A stretch of 64,000 nucleotides of DNA from Patescibacteria group bacterium (lineage in GTDB: Bacteria; Patescibacteriota; Patescibacteriia; PEXW01), in the NCBI GenBank assembly GCA_041671325.1, contig JBAZBR010000003.1:68506-132505 (forward strand). Reading direction: 5' to 3'. Under the pieces are notes generated by a model, which was not told the DNA's origin, made no database searches, and saw only the letters and a program-made list of their open reading frames with translations. Both the position numbers and the translations under genes were made by a program. Position 1 is the first letter of the stretch; each line of letters begins with the position of its first letter. Below, piece after piece: positions 28,842-39,480 of this stretch.

Positions 28842-29010
28842 GTAAATCCTCCTTTCAAAAAAACGGTTTTGATTTTAAATGAGCTTATTACCGCTCTTAG
28901 GTTCTGTCAAGCGATTGATGCAATACTTTTAGGTTAATGCCTTGACATAAGTAATAAAATTATGTAATGTCAGGAATTATTTAATTTTGCTATGATATAC
29001 CCATAAACCT

Positions 29011-30612
29011 ATGGCAGAAATTTCAGATTTCCCAAAAAGCATGCAAAAAGTCATTAAGGCTTTTGAAGAGCCTGTGCCGAATTTGGAAGCCCCGCCAGGC
29101 GTGCCCAGAATCAAATTAAACGAGGTCATTGGCCGCGTGGCTTGGGTTTATGAAAAATTAAGAAACTCAATTGAATTCCAGGAAGAGCATTTGTTGCGGC
29201 GGAACAGCATTGAGCGGATTTTGCGCCGGAAAATTTTGTTGGAAAACCGGAACATCATTGATGCCAGGTTATTGATCTATGAATTAATCCGCGCCCGGTA
29301 TTTACCCAATAACGCCTTGCCCGAAGTTATCATCGGCATTGTCCAAAACTATATCGACCGGTACTTGGCGCTTTTGGACCATTTAAAATTGCGGCGCACA
29401 GACCCGGATGACCGGAAATTAATCCATTGGGTGATCAGCGTGGCTTCGGCGGATATTGAAGAACGGCTAAATCCCAGCATCCGGGAAGACGCCTTGGTGG
29501 AATTAATGTATGCCACCATCAGGAATAACTTGATTTTGCCGGAAAACGTGCCAGCCGGCCAAGAACAGGATATCTTGGTTTATTTGGCCATCCATCGGGC
29601 TTTGATAAAATCCGATGACGCAATTTTACGCTACCACCTTTTCCGGTGGGCTTACCCAAATTGGCAAAACCCAGACCATGCCGTGACTGAGCAGGTCAGG
29701 CAAAATTTTGGAAATTTTGTCGAAACCATAGAAAAAAGGATCCATCATCCGCTTTCCGAAAGGCTGATGGTCATTTGCCGGCAATACACCATTCCGTTTT
29801 TGGTTTTAGCTGATGTCTTTAAGGATAAACCTCAAGAAGTCAGGCTTTTATTGACCAGTCCGCAGACTTTGGCCGAGGCTACTGAAAAAGCCATGAAAAA
29901 TCGGATAAAATTTGCCGGTTCCAGGCTCAGGCGGACAACCATCCGAAGCATTATTTATAGTTTCACCACTAAATTGCTTTTAGCCCTGGTCCTGGAACTG
30001 CCTTATGAAGTTTACGTCTTAAAGCTCAGTAATTTTGTCCCGCTTTACGTTAACGGTCTTTTCCATCCCCTGTTAATGTCATTCATTGGTTTGACCGCCA
30101 GGGTGCCTGGCAAAAAAAATACGGAGTTAGTTATCCAAGCAGTCCAAGAAATAATCAATCCTTCTCGGCCCAGGGTAATTTTCGCAAAAAAAATCAAGCC
30201 CCGGCCAAGGAGAAAATTAAGGACTTTTGCTTTTAACCTGGCTTACCTAGCAACCTTTGTGTTAATTTTCGGCGGTTTGGCCTTGCTCTTACATAAATTT
30301 TATTTCAATTGGGTAAGCATCATCATTTTCCTTTTCTTCTTATCGGTCATCAGCTTGTTTGGCATGCGCATCCGGCAGGTAGTCAAGGAATTGACGATTT
30401 TGGACAAGAGGGAAAATTTATTCCTTTTGCTTTTAAGCTTTATTTCCCTGCCGATCTTGAAGGTTGGCCAATGGTTTTCCAAAAAAATCCCAAAATTCAA
30501 CTTATTCATTTTTATTCTTGATTTTATTATTGAAGCGCCATTTAAAATCTTCGTCGAAACCGTGGATGAATGGCTGAATTTCTTAAAGGAAAAACGGGAA
30601 GAGATATCTTAA
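29011..30612 (+). CDS. Uncharacterised protein with C-terminal TM bundle
   Basis: 533-aa ORF; YEKLRN..E..EEHLLRR..IERILRR motif. Confidence 0.8.
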   Translation: MAEISDFPKSMQKVIKAFEEPVPNLEAPPGVPRIKLNEVIGRVAWVYEKLRNSIEFQEEHLLRRNSIERILRRKILLENRNIIDARLLIYELIRARYLPNNALPEVIIGIVQNYIDRYLALLDHLKLRRTDPDDRKLIHWVISVASADIEERLNPSIREDALVELMYATIRNNLILPENVPAGQEQDILVYLAIHRALIKSDDAILRYHLFRWAYPNWQNPDHAVTEQVRQNFGNFVETIEKRIHHPLSERLMVICRQYTIPFLVLADVFKDKPQEVRLLLTSPQTLAEATEKAMKNRIKFAGSRLRRTTIRSIIYSFTTKLLLALVLELPYEVYVLKLSNFVPLYVNGLFHPLLMSFIGLTARVPGKKNTELVIQAVQEIINPSRPRVIFAKKIKPRPRRKLRTFAFNLAYLATFVLIFGGLALLLHKFYFNWVSIIIFLFFLSVISLFGMRIRQVVKELTILDKRENLFLLLLSFISLPILKVGQWFSKKIPKFNLFIFILDFIIEAPFKIFVETVDEWLNFLKEKREEIS

Positions 30613-30834
30613 AGAAGTTGTGGCCACAAGTTTTAATTGTAGACATCAGTATGGTTGTGGTATTTGCTCATAGATAAAGAATTCCATAAAACCACACCCC
30701 TTAACGCTATGGAGTTCTATACCAAAAACCTGCAACGATAACTATAAGCAGAAATTGACGTTAAATTAAAAAATTTGTGTTCTAAAACTGGTCTGATATA
30801 ATGATTTCACCTCATTATTAACCCAAAAAAGCCT

Positions 30835-31926
30835 ATGAGCAAAATCAAGCTTTATACCAGCATTGGCGCTATGGCGCTGATTGCCGCTTTTGTGATTGGC
30901 GTAAAAGCCAATACTGCCGAAGCCGCAACCACAACCAATGCCATCAAGGTCCAAGGTACAATCACCGCCATCAGCGGCACCACCCTGCCAGCAGTCATAA
31001 CCATGACTTCAGGCGCCACTACTTACACAGTAAATATTGCTTCAACTACAAAAATTGTCAGGAAATATAATGGCAGTTCAGACTTATCGGAATTTATTGT
31101 TGGCGACATTATTCAGGTAACTGGAAAATTATCTGACGCAGCCACAAATACCATTGATGCAACAACCATTAAAGACCTTTCAGTCCAGAGGATCGGCGGG
31201 AATTTCAAAGGTTATATTGTTGCTTTAGACTGTACAAACAATAAATTTACTTTTAAACCAACCGACCGGGAGCAACAAACAGTAATCGTGAACAGTTCAA
31301 CAAAAATTATCCGCAATGGCCTGAAAATAAAATGCACGGATTTAGTCGCTAAAGAAAAGACCAAGGTTATTGGTATTTGGCGTACAACCACCAAAGAAAT
31401 CATGGCTGATCGGATTATCGTCTATACTAAATCAATTTCCGGCACGATTTCTGGAATTACCTTGACTGACGGTGGTTTGCCCGCAACTTTGACGGTGGCT
31501 TTGAAGAATAAGCAAACTTGGACGGTAAACGTCACTTCTACCACTAAGCTGTTCCGGAAGTTTTTAGGCAAAGCCACTATCGAGGAATTCCTTGTCGGCG
31601 ACAAGATTGAAGCCCACGGTTCTTTGGCTGAAACCAACACCCTCAATGCTTTAATGGTTAGGAATACTTCAATCTCAGTCAAATATTCGGACTTTAAAGG
31701 CACGGTCAAATCTATTGACGCTGTAGCCGGGACTTTTGTCTTACGGATAAACAGCAAAAAATACGGCGACATTACCGTTACCACCTCTACCAGCACAAAG
31801 TATTATGATCATGAAACCGTAAAAGCCTTTACCGATATTGCGGTCGGTGACAAATTAAAAGTCTTAGGAGCTTATACTTCCTCAACTAAAAAGTTGGCGG
31901 CCACCAGGGTTTTTTGGCAGGACTAA
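30835..31926 (+). CDS. Secreted protein with tandem OB-like (DUF5666-like) repeats
   Basis: Signal peptide; four G.I/V...T...VGD.I/V.V.G repeats. Confidence 0.75.
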   Translation: MSKIKLYTSIGAMALIAAFVIGVKANTAEAATTTNAIKVQGTITAISGTTLPAVITMTSGATTYTVNIASTTKIVRKYNGSSDLSEFIVGDIIQVTGKLSDAATNTIDATTIKDLSVQRIGGNFKGYIVALDCTNNKFTFKPTDREQQTVIVNSSTKIIRNGLKIKCTDLVAKEKTKVIGIWRTTTKEIMADRIIVYTKSISGTISGITLTDGGLPATLTVALKNKQTWTVNVTSTTKLFRKFLGKATIEEFLVGDKIEAHGSLAETNTLNALMVRNTSISVKYSDFKGTVKSIDAVAGTFVLRINSKKYGDITVTTSTSTKYYDHETVKAFTDIAVGDKLKVLGAYTSSTKKLAATRVFWQD

Positions 31927-31976
31927 GTAATATAGTGAAATAAAAAATAAAGCTCGGGTTAAATACCCGGGTTTTA

Positions 31977-33605
31977 TTATACTAAAAACGTGAACACGCC
32001 TAGGTAAACAAAGAAGACTAAAAATAAGTAAATTTCTTTATAAATTTTACGATTTAAAAAATACCAAACCAGGCCAGCGGTTGCAATTGAAATTATCAAT
32101 AGGCTGTTATTTTTTAAGATGATCGGCATGATAATTAAAAAAATCAAGGAAGCGGCTGAAAGGATTAACTTGCTTTTTTCCAGACCAAAAACAACGGGCA
32201 AGGTCTTAATATCGGCAAGTTTATCGCCTGCATAATCTTTAAAATCCTTGATATTTGAAAAAATAAAAATGCCTATGAGGATTAGCCAAAGGTATTTGCT
32301 CGGAAAGGCTAGGAGTTTTTGGTCTGGAGCTAACAGAAAAAAGCCGCTCAAAGTCATAAGCAAGGCATTAAAAGCTTGCGATATTGAGGAGCTTAAAAAA
32401 TGCCTTTTAAGTTTTAAGGGCGGGACTGAATACAGGAAAAAACTAATTTGGAAAAGCAGGAAAAAAATGAACAGATTATAAGGCAATAATAATGCGCCAT
32501 ATAAAATCAGCAATAAAATCACAATACCAACAAGCTTTGTTGTTGGCATAGACAAAACGCCGGTTATTAAAGGCCGGCTATGATTAGAGACCGTGTCGAT
32601 ATTAATATCTTCAACATCATTCACAATTACTGCCAAAGCAAAACTTAAAGCAATAAGTATAAAGAAAATCATCAGGCTAACAATGTTTTGAAAGTTTGAA
32701 AAGTTTAATGCGGGAAAAGATTTAGCGCTTATTCCTAGGCCCAAAATTCCAAAACCAAAATAATACAGCGTCCTTTCCCAGCGGAAATTTTTGAGCCAAG
32801 CCAGCCAAACTTTCCGGTTAATAACGGCAAAGAGGATAAATAATTCAAACAAGATTATCAGGAAAAAACAGCTGGAAATAAGGATATTAAATTGCTCCTC
32901 AAACTTAAAAGCCGGATCGATCTTGAAGACCAAAGGTACGGTATTCAACCAGCTGAAATTGAAGATGTTGGCAAAAAAATCTTGGATATTTTGGTATTGG
33001 AAGCCCCGGCGATTGGCCAATAAAAGCAGGCTGGGGAAAGCGTCAATAAAAAAAACCATTAAGTAGCTGAAAACACCGGCCAGTATAACCTTGCTTAATT
33101 TTTTTGTATGTTTATAAACAAAGACCAGAATGCCAATCAGTAAAACCAAAATTTCTATGCGGATACCCAAAGTTAAATGCTGCTGGGAAATTGGGCCAAA
33201 AAAACTGAAGAAATTTTTAAGCAATTCCCCGGGTGAATTAAAAAGGTAAGACATTTGGGTATTGCCCGGGCCAAAAAATATCAAGTCAATAATTGGAGCC
33301 AGCCAAATGATGGGTAAAACCTTTACGCCTAAATCCAGCAAATCCAGGATGGGTTTTTTAGTTAAAGCCCAAATTATTAAGATAATGCCAAATAAGACGC
33401 TTAAATATAGGAAAGGATAATGAATGAAGGTTGTGGCCAGGGAGGTAAAATTTCCCGAAGCATGCGGACTGGAAAAGTTTTCCAATAAAATCCTAACCAA
33501 AATGATGCCTAGCAAGCTAAAAAAAATCTTGAAGAATTTCGCCATTGGGCTGTTATCGGGATTTGGATGAGTAGTATTGGTAATCATTATTAATAAGCAT
33601 AGCAA
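31977..33605 (-). CDS. UbiA-family prenyltransferase with extra N-terminal membrane domain
   Basis: NDVEDINID..N..RP, YSVPPLKLKR, KDFKDYAGD. Confidence 0.88.
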   Translation of the reverse strand: MLCLLIMITNTTHPNPDNSPMAKFFKIFFSLLGIILVRILLENFSSPHASGNFTSLATTFIHYPFLYLSVLFGIILIIWALTKKPILDLLDLGVKVLPIIWLAPIIDLIFFGPGNTQMSYLFNSPGELLKNFFSFFGPISQQHLTLGIRIEILVLLIGILVFVYKHTKKLSKVILAGVFSYLMVFFIDAFPSLLLLANRRGFQYQNIQDFFANIFNFSWLNTVPLVFKIDPAFKFEEQFNILISSCFFLIILFELFILFAVINRKVWLAWLKNFRWERTLYYFGFGILGLGISAKSFPALNFSNFQNIVSLMIFFILIALSFALAVIVNDVEDINIDTVSNHSRPLITGVLSMPTTKLVGIVILLLILYGALLLPYNLFIFFLLFQISFFLYSVPPLKLKRHFLSSSISQAFNALLMTLSGFFLLAPDQKLLAFPSKYLWLILIGIFIFSNIKDFKDYAGDKLADIKTLPVVFGLEKSKLILSAASLIFLIIMPIILKNNSLLIISIATAGLVWYFLNRKIYKEIYLFLVFFVYLGVFTFLV

Positions 33606-33723
33606 TCCCTAAATGCCAAGGCAATGAAAAATTTCCCACTTGGAAAATATTGGTTAGAATAGTTTAAAATAAAACCGCCACATCTTTGTAGATAGGCGGT
33701 TAGGAACTTGTTGCGGCTTTGGA

Positions 33724-34674
33724 TTACTTCGCTTGCCCCAACTGAGCTTTGAGAGTTTCATAACGAAGGTTGTACTTGGCTAACACCTGTGTAACTTCAC
33801 CAGTGGCATCATTCAGCATTGCCAGAAGCAAGCAGGTGGTATCGACTATTTCCCGATCGTTAATCTGCGCCTCATAGCAGGCGCTTACCAGTGCGAGTTT
33901 GGCAAGCCTAGACATGGGAACACAATTTAGCGTCCTCGGCGTCCGTCGAATCACGATTTTGAGCTTTGCGAGATCCAGCCGAAGTCTAAAGGGGTCATCA
34001 GTAAGTATGGCAATGGTTTCGAGCTGTTTTTTCAGAGTTTGAATATCGACGCCCGCATTAGTAAGCCGGCTCACTGCTGGATCTGCCTTAAAATTGAGGA
34101 GACTTCGGAGGAAGTGACAGATGAGTGTTTCGCTGTTTCCCAGGCGAGCGGCATCTGCCTGGGCTTGGCTTAGGATATCGCGAACCGTTTCCGAAATTGG
34201 AATTTCGATTTGGTTTTCGTATTTTCCGCCGGCGTCCCCACTATTAATCATCAGCAGTTCTTCATAGGCTTCACGGTAGCCGAAGTCCTGGGCTGCCAGG
34301 GCTTGCGCTGCCACACACTCAACGTCTTTTAACAGCGCCAGCAGAATATGCTCGGGTTCAATGCTTTGGGACCTGAAAAATCTTGCTTCAAGCCCTGAGA
34401 ATTCCAGAGTTCTTTTAGCGTTAGCTAGTAATGGCAAATCTTTTGGGATTGATGTTTGCCCACAGGGTGGCGTTGTTGTCTCTTCGATGAATTTCTTCAG
34501 CTTATCCAGATCAACCATGGCATTAACCATGATGTCCTTAGCCTTGTTATTTGCATGGCCGAGAATACCCAGAAGCAAGTGTTCAGTGGCGATGTGGTCG
34601 TGCTTTAGGCGCACGGCTTCACTCTTGGCAGCTTGCATGACTGTCCTAGCGGCGTCAGAAAACATCTCGTTCAT
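33724..34674 (-). CDS. Stand-alone Clp N-terminal (Clp R repeat) domain protein
   Basis: A..EA.RL.H..I.TEHLLLGIL and IEPEHILLALL repeats plus a second degenerate pair; no Walker A. Confidence 0.85.
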   Translation of the reverse strand: MNEMFSDAARTVMQAAKSEAVRLKHDHIATEHLLLGILGHANNKAKDIMVNAMVDLDKLKKFIEETTTPPCGQTSIPKDLPLLANAKRTLEFSGLEARFFRSQSIEPEHILLALLKDVECVAAQALAAQDFGYREAYEELLMINSGDAGGKYENQIEIPISETVRDILSQAQADAARLGNSETLICHFLRSLLNFKADPAVSRLTNAGVDIQTLKKQLETIAILTDDPFRLRLDLAKLKIVIRRTPRTLNCVPMSRLAKLALVSACYEAQINDREIVDTTCLLLAMLNDATGEVTQVLAKYNLRYETLKAQLGQAK

Positions 34675-34906
34675 TCTTTACTCCTCATTATCTAAGGTTT
34701 AGTTTTCAAAGTTCAGGTTTAAAGGTTTTGTTATCCCTTATAGCAACATCGGGTTTTTTAATAGCCTGGTTGCTTATATAGGGTTTAATTCATTTAATCA
34801 GGAAAGTCAAGAGTTTTTTTCATAAAAAACAACCCTTGACGATCCATATAGTAATGGTGGGTTGTAACGGGTTAGCTATCTCGCCTAGCTCCAAGGCAAT
34901 AATGGG

Positions 34907-35095
34907 TTATGTGTAGAAAATTGCGATCGTGCAGTTGACGAAGGGTTTTCCTTGAGTGTTGATCTCGGCGGTTGTACTGACATGCTGGCTCAAAATGTTC
35001 GTCTTTTTGGAATTCTCCGCGAGCCATTCATTGACTGCCGTCTCAAGGCTACCGACCTTGTTAATGACGTCTTCAGTAAAGATTTTTACCTTCAT
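34907..35095 (-). CDS. Small hypothetical protein
   Basis: 62-aa ORF with own promoter; LE..VNEWL pattern. Confidence 0.55.
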   Translation of the reverse strand: MKVKIFTEDVINKVGSLETAVNEWLAENSKKTNILSQHVSTTAEINTQGKPFVNCTIAIFYT

Positions 35096-35244
35096 GCCCA
35101 GGCCTCTTTTTGTGCCAATAACGGAATTGTTACTGGAATGGGTATTTTAGTCGAAGACCCATGATAAAGTCAAGAGCTTGTTGGAAAAATAATTGAGTAC
35201 CAAAAACGGCTCAATTCGAGCCGTTTTGTTGATTCTTCCCGATT

Positions 35245-38200
35245 TTATCGCGGGATGAGCCGTACCACACTGGCACCCAAGACCCGGCCTTTGCTGTAAG
35301 TCATTCGTTTGATGGTTTGTCGGCCGTCGCCATTGGTTACAGTAACATCGTAAGTGCTATTCTTCAGTTTTGAAATTGGTACTGTGGCCAGCAGAGTCTT
35401 GCCGTTTTTGACTTGGACTTTGCTGGCCTTTACTGCGCCGACGCTTAAAGTTGCTTTGCCAGAAAAATTGGTGCCGGTAACTTCTAACACCATGCTTTTG
35501 CTCGTCCTGCTCTTGAGCGTGAACTTCGAAACCGTGGGCTTTTTCTTGGAAGTGCCAGCGACCGCGAATTTTGACAAGTGCGTGGTCGTGAGGGTAGCGA
35601 CGTTGTCGACTGTGTCTACCAAGCCTGAGGCGCCCGCAGTATCCCAAGTCTCGGTCTGCGGATTCCAGTATTTGGTAGCTAAGCCTTTTTCCCGTAAGCC
35701 ATTATTCACCACAGCGGATTGGGTGTAGGGCAATATAATGGTTGCGGGCAAGTCGAGGGCTTTCTTTTCCCGGCCGGTGGCATCAAAGGCCTGCACTTCA
35801 TAGGCGAGCGAGGCGGGCCGATCTAAGGTGGTGGGGTCAATGTCGACTGTCGGGGTTACGCTAAGCGTGACCGTGCCGCTGGTGTCCAAGGCAAACGGCG
35901 GAACCGAAACATTGGTGCCGTCGGGCAAGCTGACGCTTAAGCCATCATCGGCATTGCCAGTCTTGGTGACTGGCCCGGGAACATTTATGCCTGAATCTTT
36001 GACCGTGAGGTTCGTGGTGGTGGTACCGGTTTTAGCGGAAACTTCAGTTGGTTCACTGCTTACTAAACGCTTGCCGCTGATATCCGTGGCAATGATTATC
36101 CATTTCTCGCCGCTCTTTACCGGCAGGCTATAGGCACCTTTGCTGTTGGTAGTTGTTGAAACTTGCGCGCCATCAGAAGAGTAAGCCGTGACCGTAGCGC
36201 CGGGCTCCACTTTTTTGCCGGTTTTTACCGTGCCCGCAAGCGTGGCATTAGCCGTGGTAAAAGCCAGATTTATAGTTGTTGTTGACCCGCCGCTAACTTT
36301 TATTGCCTTGCCGTCTGGCGCCAGCTGGGTTTCTGGGACTGACGGCGTTTCACCTACGGTTATCAGGTAAGTGCCATTCGGCACCTTGGCCGTGTAGACG
36401 CCCAGTTCATCCGTTTCTACGGTGACCGTGATAAGGTCATTGGGATTTGTGTTCGCACTGTTCTCCAGTGATGGCCGGTTGTCCAGCGTCACTGGCACCC
36501 GCGCAACAATTGTTCCAGCTGCGTCTTTCACTGTGCCTGTAATAGTATTCGTTCCCTGGATAACCGTGAGGTTGCGCGCAACGCTTTGGCCGGCTTTTAC
36601 CGTGATGCTGTTTTGTCCGGCTGGCCGGTTGATGAGGCCAGCGGTAAGCGTCGGATCTTCAATATCATAGTCATAAAGCCAAGTACCAGCCGCTAGCGGG
36701 AGCGAGAAGGTGCCGTCAGAGGCGGTATTTGTACTGGTGAAGTTCCCTTCGCTGTCAACCGCAATAACGCTGATGGTCGAACCAGGGCTGGTTATAAAAG
36801 TTCCATCCGGAAGTTTCAGCGTTCCTGTGAGCGTGGCATCGTAAGCTTTCAACTGGAGGTCTTGGGTGGCGTTTGAGCCTTGGAGGGCGACTTTTTTTTC
36901 AGCCCCGCCAGCGTAATCCGCACCAGGAGCAGCTTGAATGCCCAGAACGACTTTATTGCCGGAGATGTCCGAGGAAGAGAAGCGGATGTTGAAGGTGCCG
37001 TCAACCACCGGGGCGCTTACCCGGGCGCTATTCGAGGTTGTCCGAACGTAGGCACTGCCGACAAAATCCGTAATGACTGCGCCCGCGCTATTGAGAACGC
37101 GGCCTTGCGCCGTCCGGTCGAGATCTTTCACTTGCAGGCGGAGCCCGGTTGCGGTTTGGCCGTTGGTAACCGTGGTTGCTACGGGGGCGACTAGGCTATG
37201 TCCGATATCATTTGAACTTAAGCCAACAGTCCAAGTGCCAGCCCCGACGGTCAGGTCAAAGCTGCCGTCAGAACCGGTCGTCGCGCTTGGCCGCAGGGTT
37301 GTGCCATCCTGAATTGCCTGTACCTGAATGTTGCCCATCGCCCTGTTCTTGGTGTCCGTCACCGTCCCTTTCAGGTGAGCGCTGTCGACTTCGGCGGTCA
37401 CAGTGCCTAAATCAACGCTACCGCCTTCGGTCATTACAAAAGTCGTTTTGGCAGGATCGAATGACTTGCCGCGCAAGTCGCCATGGTATGCCGAGATGGT
37501 GTAGATGCCCGGAGTCAGGAAGACGCTGACAGTCGAGGTCGAAGCATCGACCTTGCGTATGGTGCCAACGCCATCGGCCCGCCGGAAGCTAATGTCCGCA
37601 TTAAAGTCGCTCGTCGTCAGCCCCCGGCCATCGCTATTCAGCAATGTGACTGTCACCTTGCCTGTTGCTGGGGTTACCGTGAAGTTGAGCGTCTGGCTTT
37701 GCGTTGTGGTGTCGCTGGCAAAGTCCACGCGTTGCGGTGGAGTCTCGCTGATCCAGCGTTGCGTGTACTCGGAAAGGTCAACAGCTGGCTGTGCGAACCA
37801 AGTCCCGCCGACGACGGTTGCAGTGTATACACCGCTTGGGTTAGTACGCACCGAAACATTGCTCGCGCTTGCTATGTTGTACGGCACCAGCGTGACTACT
37901 GCGTCAGCGACCGCAGTACCATCGGGGAAAGTTACCGTGCCTGTGAGCGTTTTCGATGTTGCTATAAATTGAAAGTTGACGCCCGGGTGTGACGTACCGT
38001 CGAAGTTGAAGTTGTTGAGGTTTGCGTTGCTGTTTACCTTGTTGTAACCATCGACATCGCGCGGCTCCACAACGTAGTTTGTGCCTAGCGTGAGGTCTGC
38101 AGTGAAACTGTATGTTCCATCAGCCATCGTTAAGACATTCGGTATTGTAGAGCTCCCATTTGGCGTATGCAGCTCCATGATTACATCTTTCATGGGTGCT

Positions 38201-38352
38201 CCCGTTGTCGTTGTTACTGTCCCGGAAACTACATTGGTGATGGTTACAGCCTGGGCGGGTGAAATCAGCGTACCAGGGCAGGAAATTAACAAAGCGGACA
38301 GCGCGATTATTGACGACAAGCGCTGCCAGGTTTTTCGATTGGCTTTTTTCAT
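35245..38352 (-). CDS. Large secreted Thr-rich beta-sandwich repeat protein (carboxypeptidase-regulatory-like repeats, C-terminal IPT/TIG-like domain)
   Basis: Signal peptide; repeated G.V....G and T...G.Y motifs; TTHLSKFAV; 1035 aa. Confidence 0.85.
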   Translation of the reverse strand: MKKANRKTWQRLSSIIALSALLISCPGTLISPAQAVTITNVVSGTVTTTTGAPMKDVIMELHTPNGSSTIPNVLTMADGTYSFTADLTLGTNYVVEPRDVDGYNKVNSNANLNNFNFDGTSHPGVNFQFIATSKTLTGTVTFPDGTAVADAVVTLVPYNIASASNVSVRTNPSGVYTATVVGGTWFAQPAVDLSEYTQRWISETPPQRVDFASDTTTQSQTLNFTVTPATGKVTVTLLNSDGRGLTTSDFNADISFRRADGVGTIRKVDASTSTVSVFLTPGIYTISAYHGDLRGKSFDPAKTTFVMTEGGSVDLGTVTAEVDSAHLKGTVTDTKNRAMGNIQVQAIQDGTTLRPSATTGSDGSFDLTVGAGTWTVGLSSNDIGHSLVAPVATTVTNGQTATGLRLQVKDLDRTAQGRVLNSAGAVITDFVGSAYVRTTSNSARVSAPVVDGTFNIRFSSSDISGNKVVLGIQAAPGADYAGGAEKKVALQGSNATQDLQLKAYDATLTGTLKLPDGTFITSPGSTISVIAVDSEGNFTSTNTASDGTFSLPLAAGTWLYDYDIEDPTLTAGLINRPAGQNSITVKAGQSVARNLTVIQGTNTITGTVKDAAGTIVARVPVTLDNRPSLENSANTNPNDLITVTVETDELGVYTAKVPNGTYLITVGETPSVPETQLAPDGKAIKVSGGSTTTINLAFTTANATLAGTVKTGKKVEPGATVTAYSSDGAQVSTTTNSKGAYSLPVKSGEKWIIIATDISGKRLVSSEPTEVSAKTGTTTTNLTVKDSGINVPGPVTKTGNADDGLSVSLPDGTNVSVPPFALDTSGTVTLSVTPTVDIDPTTLDRPASLAYEVQAFDATGREKKALDLPATIILPYTQSAVVNNGLREKGLATKYWNPQTETWDTAGASGLVDTVDNVATLTTTHLSKFAVAGTSKKKPTVSKFTLKSRTSKSMVLEVTGTNFSGKATLSVGAVKASKVQVKNGKTLLATVPISKLKNSTYDVTVTNGDGRQTIKRMTYSKGRVLGASVVRLIPR

Positions 38353-38439
38353 ATTTTTCTTGGGTTAATACTAAAGATGCAAAATAAGTATATTATTAAT
38401 TATTTTATAAGTCCACATAATTTGAGCTATACTGAGGTT

Positions 38440-39480
38440 ATGCAGAAAAAAGGAGGATTTACCCAGCACCACTTTTCGTTAAAACGCTATAATCATAGCA
38501 AAAGACTTTTATTGGAAAGTGGTGCTGGGTTTACCTTAATTGAGGCTTTGATAACCATTTCAATTTTTGGCATTGCCGCAGTGGTTTTGGGTTCAGCTTT
38601 GGTGAATATCCGCCTTAATAGGGCTAATCGCTCGGATGCTGCCTCGGGGTTTTTGGCGCAGTCCGAAATTGAAGCAGTCAGATCCCTGCCCTTTGGAGAA
38701 ATAACCAACCAGACTAACGGGTCTTTTCGGAATGTGCTTTTTCAGCAAGGAACTTGGGCAGTTGCGAGTCATGCTTTTGCACCTTCGGGGAATCAAGTTA
38801 TTGAATTAACAGGAAGTGGGACAGGCGATATAAGCGGTCTGGCAATTGTACCAGCCGGGAGCGGTATTACTGATGGCAGTATTGTGGCTTATATGAATGT
38901 CAGGAATGAAAGTCCCAGTAATTGGCAGGCGGGTTTTTTGTTCCGGGCCAAAGACCGAGAAAATTCCTATCGGGTTTGGTATTCCAGCAGTCAAATTAAA
39001 GTTCAAAAAGTCGTGGCTGGTACAGTAACGGATATTTATTCTCGTAACCAAGCTTTTTTAAAAAATACCTGGTATAAGCTTGAAATCGTTTTAGCCACCA
39101 GCAGTATAAACGTAAAGCTGAATGATATCCCCTTAACCGGTATGCCAATTACCGATTTAACTTTTACAAAAGGGGCGGTTGCGCTTTTTGGGTCTAATGG
39201 CGCCAGTTTGGATGTCGATTCATTAAGCGTGGTCCAAGGCGCCAATACCCTTAGTTGGAATTTTGATTCTGGTGAAACCCTTGGCAATTTACCAATTGGT
39301 TGGGAAAGGTTTGGGGTTTATGATTTGCCCCAAGGTACGGCAGTCTTAAGTATTACCGATGCGGAAGTTGGTTTTACGGATATTAAGAAAATTACAGTTC
39401 AGGTTGGTTATACAATCGACAGCGGCACCCGCACCCAAACCATAGAAACTTTAATTTCCCAAGGAGGGATAGCCCAATGA
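38440..39480 (+). CDS. Type IV pilin-like protein with inserted lectin/LamG-like domain
   Basis: G|FTLIE prepilin motif; ATG 38440 just after TATACT. Confidence 0.85.
   Translation: MQKKGGFTQHHFSLKRYNHSKRLLLESGAGFTLIEALITISIFGIAAVVLGSALVNIRLNRANRSDAASGFLAQSEIEAVRSLPFGEITNQTNGSFRNVLFQQGTWAVASHAFAPSGNQVIELTGSGTGDISGLAIVPAGSGITDGSIVAYMNVRNESPSNWQAGFLFRAKDRENSYRVWYSSSQIKVQKVVAGTVTDIYSRNQAFLKNTWYKLEIVLATSSINVKLNDIPLTGMPITDLTFTKGAVALFGSNGASLDVDSLSVVQGANTLSWNFDSGETLGNLPIGWERFGVYDLPQGTAVLSITDAEVGFTDIKKITVQVGYTIDSGTRTQTIETLISQGGIAQ
38462..38529. repeat. Miniature inverted-repeat element, copy 2, in-frame in prepilin leader
   Basis: CCCAGCACCACTTT..AAAGTGGTGCTGGG with TTTA direct repeats; 68+4=72 bp. 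Confidence 0.85.
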
